From sequence record OZ346222.1: DNA of 64,000 nucleotides; one strand, 5' to 3'. The stretch is from a phage. The notes below the pieces were generated by a model. The model did not search any database, had not been told where the DNA came from, and worked only from the letters and a program-made list of their open reading frames with translations. Made by a program: the position numbers and the translations under genes. Positions 1 to 8,745 of this stretch are shown one piece after another (positions within the stretch are counted from its first letter, which is position 1; every line of letters starts with the position of its first letter).

Positions 1-1
1 G

Positions 2-166
2 CCAGTTAGTGCAGAAGGTGGTCCAAACTGGATATACAGCGCATGGAGAAAGGTTGACATTCTCCCAAACCCAGGTAAAGATATGGTAGTTTGGCAGCTT
101 ATCAACAACATCGGGATTCCAATCTTTGATGAAGCTGTTAAAATCTATTTTGAACTTGACGATTAA
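2..166 (+). CDS. 3' end of an upstream gene (partial, hypothetical)
   Basis: Open frame from window edge to TAA at about 164-166, directly before the RBS of the next gene. Confidence 0.35.
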   Translation, partial: PVSAEGGPNWIYSAWRKVDILPNPGKDMVVWQLINNIGIPIFDEAVKIYFELDD

Positions 167-183
167 TATCAGGAGACCTTAAG

Positions 184-429
184 ATGACTGAAGCAGTTGC
201 TCGCGCAGGACAGAAAGTACGTTGTGTTGAAGTAGGTTTTGGTGGCAAAGGGTGTCAAAACTTGACTCAAGGCAAGGAATATGCTGTTATCTCTGGTGGT
301 GGCGACGAAAGTATTGTGTTCGAGGGTCACATCCTGGATGCTGAAAACTTTGAAATCTTTGACGACGATGGGGATCCGATCACCTGCCTGCTGGACGGGA
401 ATTGGGGAACTTTCGAAGTGATTGGCTAA
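184..429 (+). CDS. hypothetical protein (81 aa)
   Basis: Track ORF; AGGAGA RBS upstream of ATG. Confidence 0.6.
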   Translation: MTEAVARAGQKVRCVEVGFGGKGCQNLTQGKEYAVISGGGDESIVFEGHILDAENFEIFDDDGDPITCLLDGNWGTFEVIG

Positions 430-512
430 CAAATACCTATTGTAATTTACAGAAGGGGATGCTAAAATAGTGTCTCCTTCTATGTTGTTCAAATAAAATC
501 GGAGATTCCATA

Positions 513-881
513 ATGGAACAAATGAACGATCAAGAGTCGGTTGCGATGAACGAGCAAGAACAACCTCAAGAATTTTTCTTAGGGTTAAGTAAAGATCAAG
601 TGTCTCTTTTGCTAGTGCTTTCTTCTTTCATGGGAAGACTTCAGGAGCTCACACAACAACCGGAGGCTGAACAATTATTTCAGGCTCTGCGTGAAGAAGA
701 AAAATATCGTCGTTTGGACTATGCCTTAGGTTGGGTAGCTCAACAACGAGATATGCTGATGGCCCTCTCTGGGACCACAAGTTTTGCAATGGGCCTGTTG
801 GCTCAAGTTCAGGACAAATTAATTCAAGCAGGGTTTGCACACACGGCAAACACTAACGAAGAACAAGGAGACAAAGAATGA
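513..881 (+). CDS. hypothetical acidic protein (122 aa)
   Basis: Track ORF; GGAG RBS; stop overlaps next start (ATGA). Confidence 0.6.
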   Translation: MEQMNDQESVAMNEQEQPQEFFLGLSKDQVSLLLVLSSFMGRLQELTQQPEAEQLFQALREEEKYRRLDYALGWVAQQRDMLMALSGTTSFAMGLLAQVQDKLIQAGFAHTANTNEEQGDKE

Positions 882-2092
882 GCGTTATTCAACAATTCGC
901 TAACCCGATGAATCCGCGTGAAACTGTTTTACTGGCTCACGGCATGATTAAACGCGTCAGCATCAAGCCTATCAAAGGTGCTGATCCTACAACAGGTATT
1001 AAAACCACTGTGTGGCAAGGTAAGAAAATTGAATCCAGCCACACCATCTCTTTACTGATTTCTGAACTGGATTCCTCTGATAACCTACTTCAAGGTGGTG
1101 AAGAAGTTTGGATCAGTATGGGCGATAAGCTGCTTAAACCGGGTCATCAAGACTCTGTCTCTGTTAAAATTGATGACAAGTGGGAAACCGTAACGCCAGG
1201 ATGGATCGTAAATATTCCTTTGAAGGCAAACGAGCATAACGGTAAGACCTATTACAAAGGCTCACTGGCTAAGATGGTTAAGCTGGGTGTAGGAGAGGCT
1301 CCAGCAGCGACTCAGCAGCAAAAACAGCAACAAGGTGTACAATCACAAGGCCAGAAGCAGAATGCCAATCAGGACGTTTTACGCATCTATGGCGATGTGA
1401 CTCAGATTGTTGGCAACGTGGTTACTGTCAATGACCACAAGATTGGCGAAGGTGCTATGGTTGTCACCGATGAGCAGCTTAAAGATCTGGTGGTAGGTGG
1501 TCGTGTTGCAGCCATTGTTGACAAAGACACCGGAAACATTATCAGTGGTTTCAAAGCCTACCCCCCTAAGGCAGAGAACGGCACTCAAGGCTCCGGTGGC
1601 AAGCGTAAATCCTCTTACGACCCTATCGGTGTGGAAACGGGGCATAGCATCAATGCGTTGCAGATCATCCTGGATCGCGGGTTTAAGGTAGACGACCCAC
1701 TGGGCGTGGCTAAAACACTGCACGTAGTCACCATTGAGCTTAAGAAAGAGTATGCTCAGGCCACCAACCGAACTGAAGATGAAGTAGGTGCCAGTGTCGG
1801 TAATGCGGTGTTGAACGCTTGTCGCCGTATTGACAAGAAAACGAAAGTTGATGATTTTGCAGCGGCAATTACTGCAGAAGCAAAAGATGTCTTGACTAAT
1901 CTGGCTGAGCCGTTGTACGATTGGATCAAGAACGGTGCTGGGTCAACTGACCATCAAGAACCTCAGGCTACCAAACAGGAAGCAGCTCCACAGCAAAACA
2001 CTGTAGACGCTCCTCCTGTAAATGATGAGGAAGATGACCCAATGGATCAGAATCCAGCACAGTACTCCTTTGATGATGACATCCCTTTTTAA
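878..2092 (+). CDS. SSB-like protein with bacterial SSB-type C-terminal tip (DDDIPF)
   Basis: 404-aa track ORF, translationally coupled to upstream gene; Q-rich linker and acidic tail ending DDDIPF, the hallmark C-terminus of E. coli SSB; OB fold not verifiable by eye. Confidence 0.55.
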   Translation: MSVIQQFANPMNPRETVLLAHGMIKRVSIKPIKGADPTTGIKTTVWQGKKIESSHTISLLISELDSSDNLLQGGEEVWISMGDKLLKPGHQDSVSVKIDDKWETVTPGWIVNIPLKANEHNGKTYYKGSLAKMVKLGVGEAPAATQQQKQQQGVQSQGQKQNANQDVLRIYGDVTQIVGNVVTVNDHKIGEGAMVVTDEQLKDLVVGGRVAAIVDKDTGNIISGFKAYPPKAENGTQGSGGKRKSSYDPIGVETGHSINALQIILDRGFKVDDPLGVAKTLHVVTIELKKEYAQATNRTEDEVGASVGNAVLNACRRIDKKTKVDDFAAAITAEAKDVLTNLAEPLYDWIKNGAGSTDHQEPQATKQEAAPQQNTVDAPPVNDEEDDPMDQNPAQYSFDDDIPF

Positions 2093-2107
2093 CAATTAGT
2101 TAACATA

Positions 2108-2137
2108 GCCCTGCCCGAAAGGGTGGGGCATTTTTAT
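2108..2137 (+). terminator. intrinsic terminator
   Basis: GC stem (CCCTGCCC / GGGTGGGG) followed by TTTTT. Confidence 0.6.
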
Positions 2138-2154
2138 ATAAGGAGATCTGAAAA

Positions 2155-2571
2155 ATGACATTAGAAGATATCATTGTTAAACCTGAGAACTATGACCAAT
2201 ACAACCTGTCAACTCAATCTGTAGACCTTGGATGCGCCACGGTCAGTGCGTGGCCGGTTAACGGAAAAGAGCTAGATAAATGCTTAGAAGCTCACATGTC
2301 TATTAACAAGTTTCTGGATGAAAATACTCACTGGCTTGAGGGTGCAGGAGTATATGCTTCATGGTTGGAGAGTATGGGATTCGACTACCAATCTGAAGAA
2401 GGGTGGTGGAGCTATTTAGCTATCTGTCCAGAGACGCTACAATGCTTCATGAAATACTCTGAAGATTTAGAGTACCGGGCGGTGGTTGATAGTGCTATTG
2501 CCCGTTATAGCCGTAAACCTTTTTCCCACGACATTAAAACTGTGGAAGAGTTTGTTGAAGTTTTCTGTTGA
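2155..2571 (+). CDS. hypothetical protein (138 aa)
   Basis: Track ORF; AAGGAGA RBS. Confidence 0.6.
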   Translation: MTLEDIIVKPENYDQYNLSTQSVDLGCATVSAWPVNGKELDKCLEAHMSINKFLDENTHWLEGAGVYASWLESMGFDYQSEEGWWSYLAICPETLQCFMKYSEDLEYRAVVDSAIARYSRKPFSHDIKTVEEFVEVFC

Positions 2572-2596
2572 CACAGGTTGAAAGGTGTGCAATTAT
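2568..2596 (+). promoter_or_regulatory. sigma70-like promoter
   Basis: TTGACA, 17-nt spacer, AATTAT; overlaps stop of upstream gene. Confidence 0.4.
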
Positions 2597-2667
2597 AACT
2601 TCATATGACTGGAGGACGTGATGAACGAAGAAAACTGGGATGTATAACTAACAGGAGGCCACTGCCC

Positions 2668-2865
2668 ATGATTTATCGAATCCGTGTAAGAGAAGATGCA
2701 CCAGGCTGTTACTTTGACTGGCGTGGGTGGTGGTTTCTCCACCCAATGGATGGACTCACAGATAGAATGCTGGATGCTGCCCTTTATACAGATACCGACA
2801 TAGAGTATAATCTCTATCTGAAGGACGGTATAGATAACGGCCTGTTTGAAGCAATTCCTGTGTAA
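2668..2865 (+). CDS. hypothetical protein (65 aa)
   Basis: Track ORF 2605..2865 trimmed to the ATG that follows an AGGAGG RBS. Confidence 0.5.
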   Translation: MIYRIRVREDAPGCYFDWRGWWFLHPMDGLTDRMLDAALYTDTDIEYNLYLKDGIDNGLFEAIPV

Positions 2866-2933
2866 GAGACTGTGATAGCTATGTTTTATGATCTTCCTGT
2901 AGCGCCACCACCTGTTGAACCCGGAGAACTAAG

Positions 2934-3359
2934 ATGATCTATGAAATGCCAAAACTGATTCGTGACGATGCCCAAAACGCTCACACCATTATTATGGGCA
3001 AACGCATGGATATTATTTGTCATAAAGATTTCTGGGAAGGAAGTTACTTCACAGAGTATTTTGGTAAACTGGATAATGGTCTGCTGATCCAGTTCTACAC
3101 CGATGCGGAAAACAACATTCCCTGGGAGTTCGAAACTGAAGATATTCATAAACTTTTCACCTTCCTCGATATTAAGGTTAAGGCCAAGTTTGAAGAGGGT
3201 GAGTGCGACGATTGTGGATTTTATGAGGTAACAGATTTCTATCTTCCAAGTGGTAAGAACCTTTACTATGAAAGCCACTTCGGTAACTCAAATATGCCAC
3301 AGTGCTGGACTGAGTTTTTTGAAATTGTGGAAGAGGAGCTGGCATATCGTGATTATTGA
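2934..3359 (+). CDS. hypothetical protein (141 aa)
   Basis: Track ORF; GGAGA RBS. Confidence 0.55.
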   Translation: MIYEMPKLIRDDAQNAHTIIMGKRMDIICHKDFWEGSYFTEYFGKLDNGLLIQFYTDAENNIPWEFETEDIHKLFTFLDIKVKAKFEEGECDDCGFYEVTDFYLPSGKNLYYESHFGNSNMPQCWTEFFEIVEEELAYRDY

Positions 3360-3807
3360 TACTGTAGAGGGAGATTTAATCTCCCTTTTTAAGAGCGGTG
3401 CTGGTCACCTGATCCACGGTTGTAACTGCTTCCACACAATGGGTAAGGGTGTAGCAAAACAGATTGCCCGTGAGTTCCCTCAAGCATTGGAAGCTGATAA
3501 AATGACTATGCACGGTTGCCTAAGTAAACTGGGCGCGTTCTCCCGCTGGGAGCACTTATCTCCGAGAGGTATTGTCTACGGAATAAATCTGTATACTCAG
3601 TTCTACCCAGGGCCTAATGCTGAATATTTCTCAATACTGAAAGGCTTTGAGCGAGTCAATGAAGTATTTGAGGGGTCGATTTTACCATTCTACATCCCTA
3701 AGATCGGGTGCGGCATAGGTGGTTTGAAGTGGGAACATGTAGAGGACATTATTAACCTTGCCACTTTTGATATAGATATTATCGTGGTGGAGTACAAAGA
3801 GTGTTGA
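3250..3807 (+). CDS. macro-domain-like protein (putative ADP-ribose binding/processing)
   Basis: Track ORF; glycine-rich segments HGCNCFHTMGKGVAKQIA and KIGCGIGG resemble macro domain loops; start uncertain because the 5' end overlaps the upstream ORF. Confidence 0.5.
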   Translation: MVRTFTMKATSVTQICHSAGLSFLKLWKRSWHIVIIDTVEGDLISLFKSGAGHLIHGCNCFHTMGKGVAKQIAREFPQALEADKMTMHGCLSKLGAFSRWEHLSPRGIVYGINLYTQFYPGPNAEYFSILKGFERVNEVFEGSILPFYIPKIGCGIGGLKWEHVEDIINLATFDIDIIVVEYKEC

Positions 3808-3832
3808 CAGCTATATTTTAAGATGGTATAGT
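3804..3832 (+). promoter_or_regulatory. sigma70-like promoter
   Basis: TTGACA, 17-nt spacer, TATAGT. Confidence 0.5.
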
Positions 3833-3861
3833 CGCCACAACGATTAAGACAGAGGAGCACT

Positions 3862-4056
3862 ATGGAGACTAAAATCTTAATTCTAGCTGTGATAGATACA
3901 ACAGAAGGAGCCATGTTTGAATCTGCAGGAGGGTATTTCTACCTGCCCTATGGAAAAAGAACTTCCGAGCCGAGTAAAGATTCAATCCTTAAAGTGTTCC
4001 CGTGTGCTTTCTGGCTGGAGATCTTGGTAGAAGATTGCAGAGGACTAGGGAGATAA
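3862..4056 (+). CDS. hypothetical protein (64 aa)
   Basis: Track ORF; GAGGAG RBS. Confidence 0.5.
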   Translation: METKILILAVIDTTEGAMFESAGGYFYLPYGKRTSEPSKDSILKVFPCAFWLEILVEDCRGLGR

Positions 4057-4058
4057 TT

Positions 4059-4253
4059 ATGAGAAACAAGAAAGAGCTTTACTCTGGTGAGTGGATAAAC
4101 GATCAACAGGTAGGAGAGGTAACCTGCTTCCGGTGCTTTACTAGGTACAATCTTAAAACTGCACCAAAAAGTGTTCCAAAGACTGACGGTTATTACATAA
4201 AAGAACCTCATTGCCCAAAATGCAAATGCCGATTATACTGGAGTAACCTGTAA
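4059..4253 (+). CDS. small zinc-ribbon protein (64 aa)
   Basis: Track ORF 4002..4253 trimmed to internal ATG; CxxC...CPKCKC pairs. Confidence 0.5.
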   Translation: MRNKKELYSGEWINDQQVGEVTCFRCFTRYNLKTAPKSVPKTDGYYIKEPHCPKCKCRLYWSNL

Positions 4254-4257
4254 AAGA

Positions 4258-4285
4258 TTGACATCTGAAAACTGCGGTGTATAAT
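4258..4285 (+). promoter_or_regulatory. sigma70-like promoter
   Basis: TTGACA, 16-nt spacer, TATAAT. Confidence 0.6.
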
Positions 4286-4316
4286 ATAAACATAAACTAG
4301 CAGAGAGTGATATATT

Positions 4317-4508
4317 ATGGTAATTTTTAATCGAGACGGTATCATAGTTAGACAGCACCCATTCCTTGAATACTATCAAATTGAGCAATGGTGCTACGGG
4401 GATTGCAGTCACTCCTATGGGCAAAGTTGGGGATATCGCACAGTTTTTGAATCAACAGATCTTGATAAGGTAAGACAGAAAGTTTTAGAACTTATTAACA
4501 ACAAGTGA
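4317..4508 (+). CDS. hypothetical protein (63 aa)
   Basis: Track ORF downstream of consensus promoter. Confidence 0.55.
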   Translation: MVIFNRDGIIVRQHPFLEYYQIEQWCYGDCSHSYGQSWGYRTVFESTDLDKVRQKVLELINNK

Positions 4509-4515
4509 GTATGAT

Positions 4516-4851
4516 ATGGTAACATTAGAAAGACGTAAAGCTATCGCCGCCACACTGGCAGACATCTTTTGGGAGTGCAATTTAAAAGATACCCGATATT
4601 GTGGCGCATCTGTAGATGCATTATTCCCACGGCCCACTATTGTTGCAATGGGAAACCTGTCAAACGTGGTGTATGGAGCATGGGACAAAGAAGGTGGATT
4701 TTATATCTGGCAACCTGACTACGGGACCTGGAAAGAGGTAAGGGGTGCGGATGACTTTGGGCCTGCAGTTGCCAAAACGATGGATGGCTGGAAAATCTAT
4801 GTCGGTAACGACATGAAGCTGAAAGGCGAGATTGTTTACTGGTTACCTTAA
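4516..4851 (+). CDS. hypothetical protein (111 aa)
   Basis: Track ORF in co-oriented array. Confidence 0.55.
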   Translation: MVTLERRKAIAATLADIFWECNLKDTRYCGASVDALFPRPTIVAMGNLSNVVYGAWDKEGGFYIWQPDYGTWKEVRGADDFGPAVAKTMDGWKIYVGNDMKLKGEIVYWLP

Positions 4852-4872
4852 TAAAACGCAGGAGATAAAGTT

Positions 4873-5118
4873 ATGAACAAAGGGTGGACATTTGTAGACG
4901 GCGTTAAAAACATGCCTCTAGGAAAGTATATTGTAGCCATGGCAGATGAGAATGGCAAGGTGGATTTCGGAGTTTGCGAGGTTGTTCTTGCAGGATCTGG
5001 TGACTATGCTCACAAAACTGGGATAATTAACGGTCATTTCTACTTTGATTACAACCCTGTTGTGGCGTATATGGCTATGCCAGAGTTCGAGCTCCCAAAG
5101 GAGGGTGCGGATGTTTAA
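4873..5118 (+). CDS. hypothetical protein (81 aa)
   Basis: Track ORF; GGAGA RBS. Confidence 0.55.
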   Translation: MNKGWTFVDGVKNMPLGKYIVAMADENGKVDFGVCEVVLAGSGDYAHKTGIINGHFYFDYNPVVAYMAMPEFELPKEGADV

Positions 5119-5308
5119 GCTTAAATCTGCATGGAACATCGCTGTGGGGGACGAGATCCGCATCCCAGGTGGAAAGACCATTATGAAGATATCTCGTATC
5201 GAGTACGAAGGTGATCGTGTATTTCATATCTTTGCAGAAGATGGTCGAGAAATTTATATACAGGCAGGCTCTCACATCTATATTCGTAAGAAAGGGGACG
5301 ACAAATGA
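5111..5308 (+). CDS. hypothetical protein (65 aa)
   Basis: Track ORF 5045..5308 trimmed to ATG after AAGGAGGG RBS. Confidence 0.45.
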   Translation: MFKLKSAWNIAVGDEIRIPGGKTIMKISRIEYEGDRVFHIFAEDGREIYIQAGSHIYIRKKGDDK

Positions 5309-5634
5309 CAGAGATCATCATTTCAACTGCAGGGTATGTGTTCCTGACAATCATTGCACTGACCATTCTGGTGGTGGTATATGGAATTGTTATTCTCCCT
5401 ATTCTTGAGACAATTAGTTTGTGTCGGTGTTGGAGAAAGGCTTACGGTCCACAGCCGTGGAAGGACTGGCCCCACCTGGTGCACATAGCGTTCTCTTATG
5501 CTTATGATCACGCCAGCAGTGCATGCATAACCGGGTATCACGCCCACAACTGGAGCTGGGAAGGGTTGAGGAAATGGAATGTTACAAAGACCATACCTCT
5601 GCGCATGTACAAACCTAAAAACAAAGACAGCTGA
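5305..5634 (+). CDS. membrane protein (109 aa)
   Basis: Track ORF; ATGA coupling; hydrophobic N-terminal helix. Confidence 0.55.
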   Translation: MTEIIISTAGYVFLTIIALTILVVVYGIVILPILETISLCRCWRKAYGPQPWKDWPHLVHIAFSYAYDHASSACITGYHAHNWSWEGLRKWNVTKTIPLRMYKPKNKDS

Positions 5635-5947
5635 TACTTGAAAATCCCTGGCATATCAAGTGTAAGGAGGATTTCTAAAATGGATTTCCTCCTTTTGATA
5701 TTTCACCGGGCCAGATATTTTAAAATTCTTAGAAAATCAGAAAATGGATCGAAAACTAAAATGGATTTTTCAAGACAGGCACGATAAGATGTGCTGCTCA
5801 TTCTATCGTTCGCACCGTACTTTAAGTCACTATTCCAGATTTTTCCGCACATACTCTCACCCTTCTACCAGAACTTTCCCAGCTTACCTCTGACCTTTTA
5901 TAACAATAAGTCCATTATTATCAGAAAGTTTCGGCACATCTCTTTCG

Positions 5948-6140
5948 GTACTCGATCTGTTTTTCATTTCAAAGACCTGATTTTCTGAAAATTTTTCTCG
6001 ATAAATTTCTTAGTACTCGATCTGTTTTTCATTTCAAAGACCTGATTTTCTGAAAATTTTTCTCGATAAATTTCTTAGTACTCGATCTGTTTTTCGTTTT
6101 CTGAATCGGATTTTCTGGAAATCGTTCCAGCTCTCGACCT
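5948..6140. repeat. tandem direct repeat, about 64-bp unit, two full copies plus a diverged third
   Basis: Unit GTACTCGATCTGTTTTTCATTTCAAAGACCTGATTTTCTGAAAATTTTTCTCGATAAATTTCTTA repeated exactly twice, third copy diverges. Confidence 0.8.
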
Positions 6141-6305
6141 GAAATTTTTGGGGACGAAATCGATTTTTCGTTTTCAGAAATGGATTTTTAAAATTTCTAT
6201 ATGGGAATATTTTATGGGATACTGTTTTATAGGAAATTGTTACGGAGGGTAATTAGCATGCTAATTAAATTTATTAAATGCGAGGAGTTCTCATTTAGAA
6301 TTTTG

Positions 6306-6495
6306 AATGATAATCATTCTCGTTTGCAGAATAACGGGCAGGCCCGGTGATTGTCTCCCGGCCCCTACTGCCCCGGCTTGTTATTATAGTATCACACAGG
6401 ACAAAGAAAGCAAGGATTTTTTGCATAAATTTTTAAATGATAATGATAACCGTTCTCATTTTATGCAGCGCCCATCCCCGGTGGTTGTCTCCCCC
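6306..6495. repeat. two about 60-bp direct repeats ending in GC-rich core CCGGTG(A/G)TTGTCTCCC
   Basis: AATGATAAT...TTGCAG...CCGGTGATTGTCTCCCGG at about 6306-6365 and a variant at about 6436-6495; third inverted copy of the core at about 16115-16139. Confidence 0.7.
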
Positions 6496-6716
6496 GTCAC
6501 CGGTGCCTGCCGTCCTTTCGATAGGTATATCGTGCCACCTGGCGGGGCCGCTGTCAACACTTTTCAAAAAATTTTTCTAACCTGATGCGCTAACCGCTGC
6601 AACCTGGCGGGGTCAGCCTGGCAGGACCTAACTGACCGGGTAGGAGAGAATGAAGGCTTGTAAACCTGGTGGGCCTATGCTACAGGATAGGTAACAATTG
6701 AAGAGGAGGTACAAAA

Positions 6717-6884
6717 ATGAAAGGTAATATGATCCCCCTAGAAAATGTAGCTATTAATGACGCTGAGGCTATCGCCCTGGTTGAAAAGGCTATGGCGGGA
6801 GCGTTGGAACATAAAGAAGAGTACGAAAAATGGTGGTTAACCTGGCGGGGGCGGCAGGTGGATTCTATCATAAAAATAATTTAA
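6717..6884 (+). CDS. hypothetical small protein (55 aa)
   Basis: Below track cutoff; GAAGAGGAGG RBS then ATG; open frame to TAA. Confidence 0.4.
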   Translation: MKGNMIPLENVAINDAEAIALVEKAMAGALEHKEEYEKWWLTWRGRQVDSIIKII

Positions 6885-6892
6885 AATAGTCG

Positions 6893-6922
6893 TTGACAAC
6901 AAGGTTAATCATGGTATTATTA
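6893..6922 (+). promoter_or_regulatory. sigma70-like promoter
   Basis: TTGACA, 17/18-nt spacer, TATTAT-like. Confidence 0.5.
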
Positions 6923-6970
6923 CCCTACAAGGTGAACAACACCGCACTAACCAGTAAAGAGGATAAATTT

Positions 6971-7168
6971 ATGAACGCATACGGGATCAAAGTACGTCGC
7001 AACACTCGCCAGGTGGTCACCAATCAAGTGATTTGCCGGGTGGATGTAACCATCAACAACGGGCAAGGCCTTTATAAATTTCGTCGCGGTCATAGCTATA
7101 CCCTGCAACAGCTTAATCGTTGCGCCCTGACAAAAGGTCAGATCAACCATTGGTTTAATAAAAAATAA
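6971..7168 (+). CDS. hypothetical protein (65 aa)
   Basis: Track ORF 6893..7168 trimmed to ATG after AAGAGGA RBS (upstream part is the promoter). Confidence 0.5.
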   Translation: MNAYGIKVRRNTRQVVTNQVICRVDVTINNGQGLYKFRRGHSYTLQQLNRCALTKGQINHWFNKK

Positions 7169-7171
7169 GTA

Positions 7172-7200
7172 TTGACATACAGTCCGACACCAAATACACT
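7172..7200 (+). promoter_or_regulatory. sigma70-like promoter
   Basis: TTGACA, 17-nt spacer, TACACT. Confidence 0.55.
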
Positions 7201-7232
7201 AAAAGCACAAAAGACACTAAGAGGATAAAATC

Positions 7233-7631
7233 ATGAAAACCACTACCTTTAATTTTGATAATGCAGACTTTTCTTTTTCTGATGTCAAGAACTGCCGCCG
7301 TGATCGTGGATTTTACAAGGCTTATAATCTGGTGGGCCTGGACGATGACAATAATTTGCACGAAGTAGCTGAGATCCGGTATTATGCCGCCGCCAGCGGT
7401 AACACTAACTACTGCGTTTTTTGGATACACGACAACAAGAACAATAAGTACGGTTATACTGGTGGCAAGGCGAGCGGTCACGGTTACGATAAAGCTAATG
7501 CAGCACTTGAGAGCGCATTAAATGCTATGGGGATCACTGCCAACGGCTGGATCTATGAAGAAGAGTTTTTGTCGGCACTTGCTGACCACCTGGGCTATAA
7601 AAAGCACATTGTAACATGCGCCCACGAATAA
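7233..7631 (+). CDS. hypothetical protein (132 aa)
   Basis: Track ORF; AAGAGGA RBS. Confidence 0.6.
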   Translation: MKTTTFNFDNADFSFSDVKNCRRDRGFYKAYNLVGLDDDNNLHEVAEIRYYAAASGNTNYCVFWIHDNKNNKYGYTGGKASGHGYDKANAALESALNAMGITANGWIYEEEFLSALADHLGYKKHIVTCAHE

Positions 7632-7637
7632 AAATTG

Positions 7638-7665
7638 TTGACACGCTGCAAAATTCAAGTAAACT
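7638..7665 (+). promoter_or_regulatory. sigma70-like promoter with 5' UTR hairpin
   Basis: TTGACA, 16-nt spacer, TAAACT; followed by hairpin GGCGGGAATGTTTCCCGCC and AAAGGA RBS. Confidence 0.45.
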
Positions 7666-7713
7666 AGTCACAAAAGGCGGGAATGTTTCCCGCCAACACA
7701 AAGGAAAAAGATC

Positions 7714-8118
7714 ATGAATAAGAACGTACGCCGCATCATGAACGAACTGGCAAACGATGAAAAAATTATTGACATGCATTTGATCAACATTTGCCGCCGT
7801 TGTGTAACATACAACAACCGCGCCGCAAAAGCGCGTGAGATGAACGCAAAAGGCACCTTAAAGCCATTCCAGGTGGTGGTAAAGGCCATTAAAGATGTAA
7901 CTAATACGGCAAACCAGGTACAGGGGAACACCAACGAGAGTACCAATATTGATCCGGCTTACATCATGAAACGGATCCGGACCTGCAAGAACAAAGAGCA
8001 AGTGTATAATGTCATAGACTGGTTGGATTCTATGGGCGATGTGGTGTACAATAGATTCTCGGCAGCTATTGAGATCCAGCTTGACAGGTTAGACGGTAAA
8101 GTACTTAAAACTTACTAA
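7714..8118 (+). CDS. hypothetical protein (134 aa)
   Basis: Track ORF. Confidence 0.6.
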   Translation: MNKNVRRIMNELANDEKIIDMHLINICRRCVTYNNRAAKAREMNAKGTLKPFQVVVKAIKDVTNTANQVQGNTNESTNIDPAYIMKRIRTCKNKEQVYNVIDWLDSMGDVVYNRFSAAIEIQLDRLDGKVLKTY

Positions 8119-8124
8119 ATTTAT

Positions 8125-8164
8125 TTTTAGATGGCCTTGACTCCAGGGCCATCAATAAAGTAAA
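8125..8164 (+). repeat. conserved intergenic element, copy 1
   Basis: TTTTTAGATGGCCTTGACTCCAGGGCCATCAATAAAGTAAA; palindromic arms GATGGCC/GGCCATC around an embedded TTGACT. Confidence 0.8.
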
Positions 8165-8208
8165 TTAATCTCAGCTAAGCGAAAAAGGGGGCTTTAAGAT
8201 GAGCACTA

Positions 8209-8318
8209 CACGCCAATACACAAAGGTAACTATTATCGCCTGCGTTGTCGGTTACATCCTGGCGCAAATGTTAATGAGTAGCGCTAACAGTTTTGCAAAA
8301 TTTTTCTTAAATTTTTAA
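8209..8318 (+). CDS. hypothetical hydrophobic micro-protein (36 aa)
   Basis: Below track cutoff; purine-rich RBS then ATG; hydrophobic core. Confidence 0.3.
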
Positions 8319-8346
8319 TTGACAAGCTAACTTAGATTGATATACT
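8319..8346 (+). promoter_or_regulatory. sigma70-like promoter
   Basis: TTGACA, 16-nt spacer, TATACT. Confidence 0.5.
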
Positions 8347-8397
8347 TAAACACGTAAACGGGAAAACTTCCCAGAACACACAAAAGGAGAAAACACC

Positions 8398-8739
8398 ATG
8401 ACTACTATGGCCGCCGCAGAAAAAGCTATTCAGATCGCCGCACTGAAAAAACAGATCGCAGACCTTGAGAACAAGATCGATAACTTTGAAATCGACGAGG
8501 ACAAGTACGACGAAAACTATGATGAATGGTTAGACGAGATCTACGGCGAAATTATGATCGGAAACATTTCTTTTCTTCCGTCGCGTATCCTCAAGGAGCT
8601 AGATCCTATCGCTTACCGCTGCGGATTTAGCGACTACATCGACAGCCTGGATATTGAGGACGATGAAGAATACCAGGAATTACAGACAGAGTTAGAAGAA
8701 GCAAAAGAAGAGCTTGCAGAACTGGAAGAAAACGAGTAA
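8398..8739 (+). CDS. hypothetical acidic coiled-coil protein (113 aa)
   Basis: Track ORF; AAAGGAGAA RBS. Confidence 0.6.
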   Translation: MTTMAAAEKAIQIAALKKQIADLENKIDNFEIDEDKYDENYDEWLDEIYGEIMIGNISFLPSRILKELDPIAYRCGFSDYIDSLDIEDDEEYQELQTELEEAKEELAELEENE

Positions 8740-8745
8740 GATTAT

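Noticed and set aside
1379-1723. Minus-strand 114-aa ORF and a second plus-strand frame (1497..1691) inside the SSB-like gene
   Set aside because: Fully contained within the 404-aa coding frame, which has RBS and coupling support
2886-3278. 130-aa minus-strand ORF
   Set aside because: Lies antisense to the plus-strand gene 2934..3359 in a strictly rightward block; no RBS context; treated as a shadow frame
5948-6140. Possible CRISPR array (tandem repeats here and at 58279-58361)
   Set aside because: Only two to four units, no unique spacers of regular length between repeats, no cas genes; these are simple tandem or palindromic repeats
6307-6585. 92-aa plus-strand ORF
   Set aside because: Runs through the paired GC-core repeats with no RBS; the peptide TGRPGDCLP it shares with the minus-strand ORF 15669..16193 arises from the same repeated nucleotide element in opposite orientation, so conservation is at DNA level
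8125-8164. Conserved intergenic element as an intrinsic terminator
   Set aside because: The T-run is 5' of the hairpin on the plus strand and an A-run follows it on the minus strand, so neither orientation gives hairpin-then-U-tract
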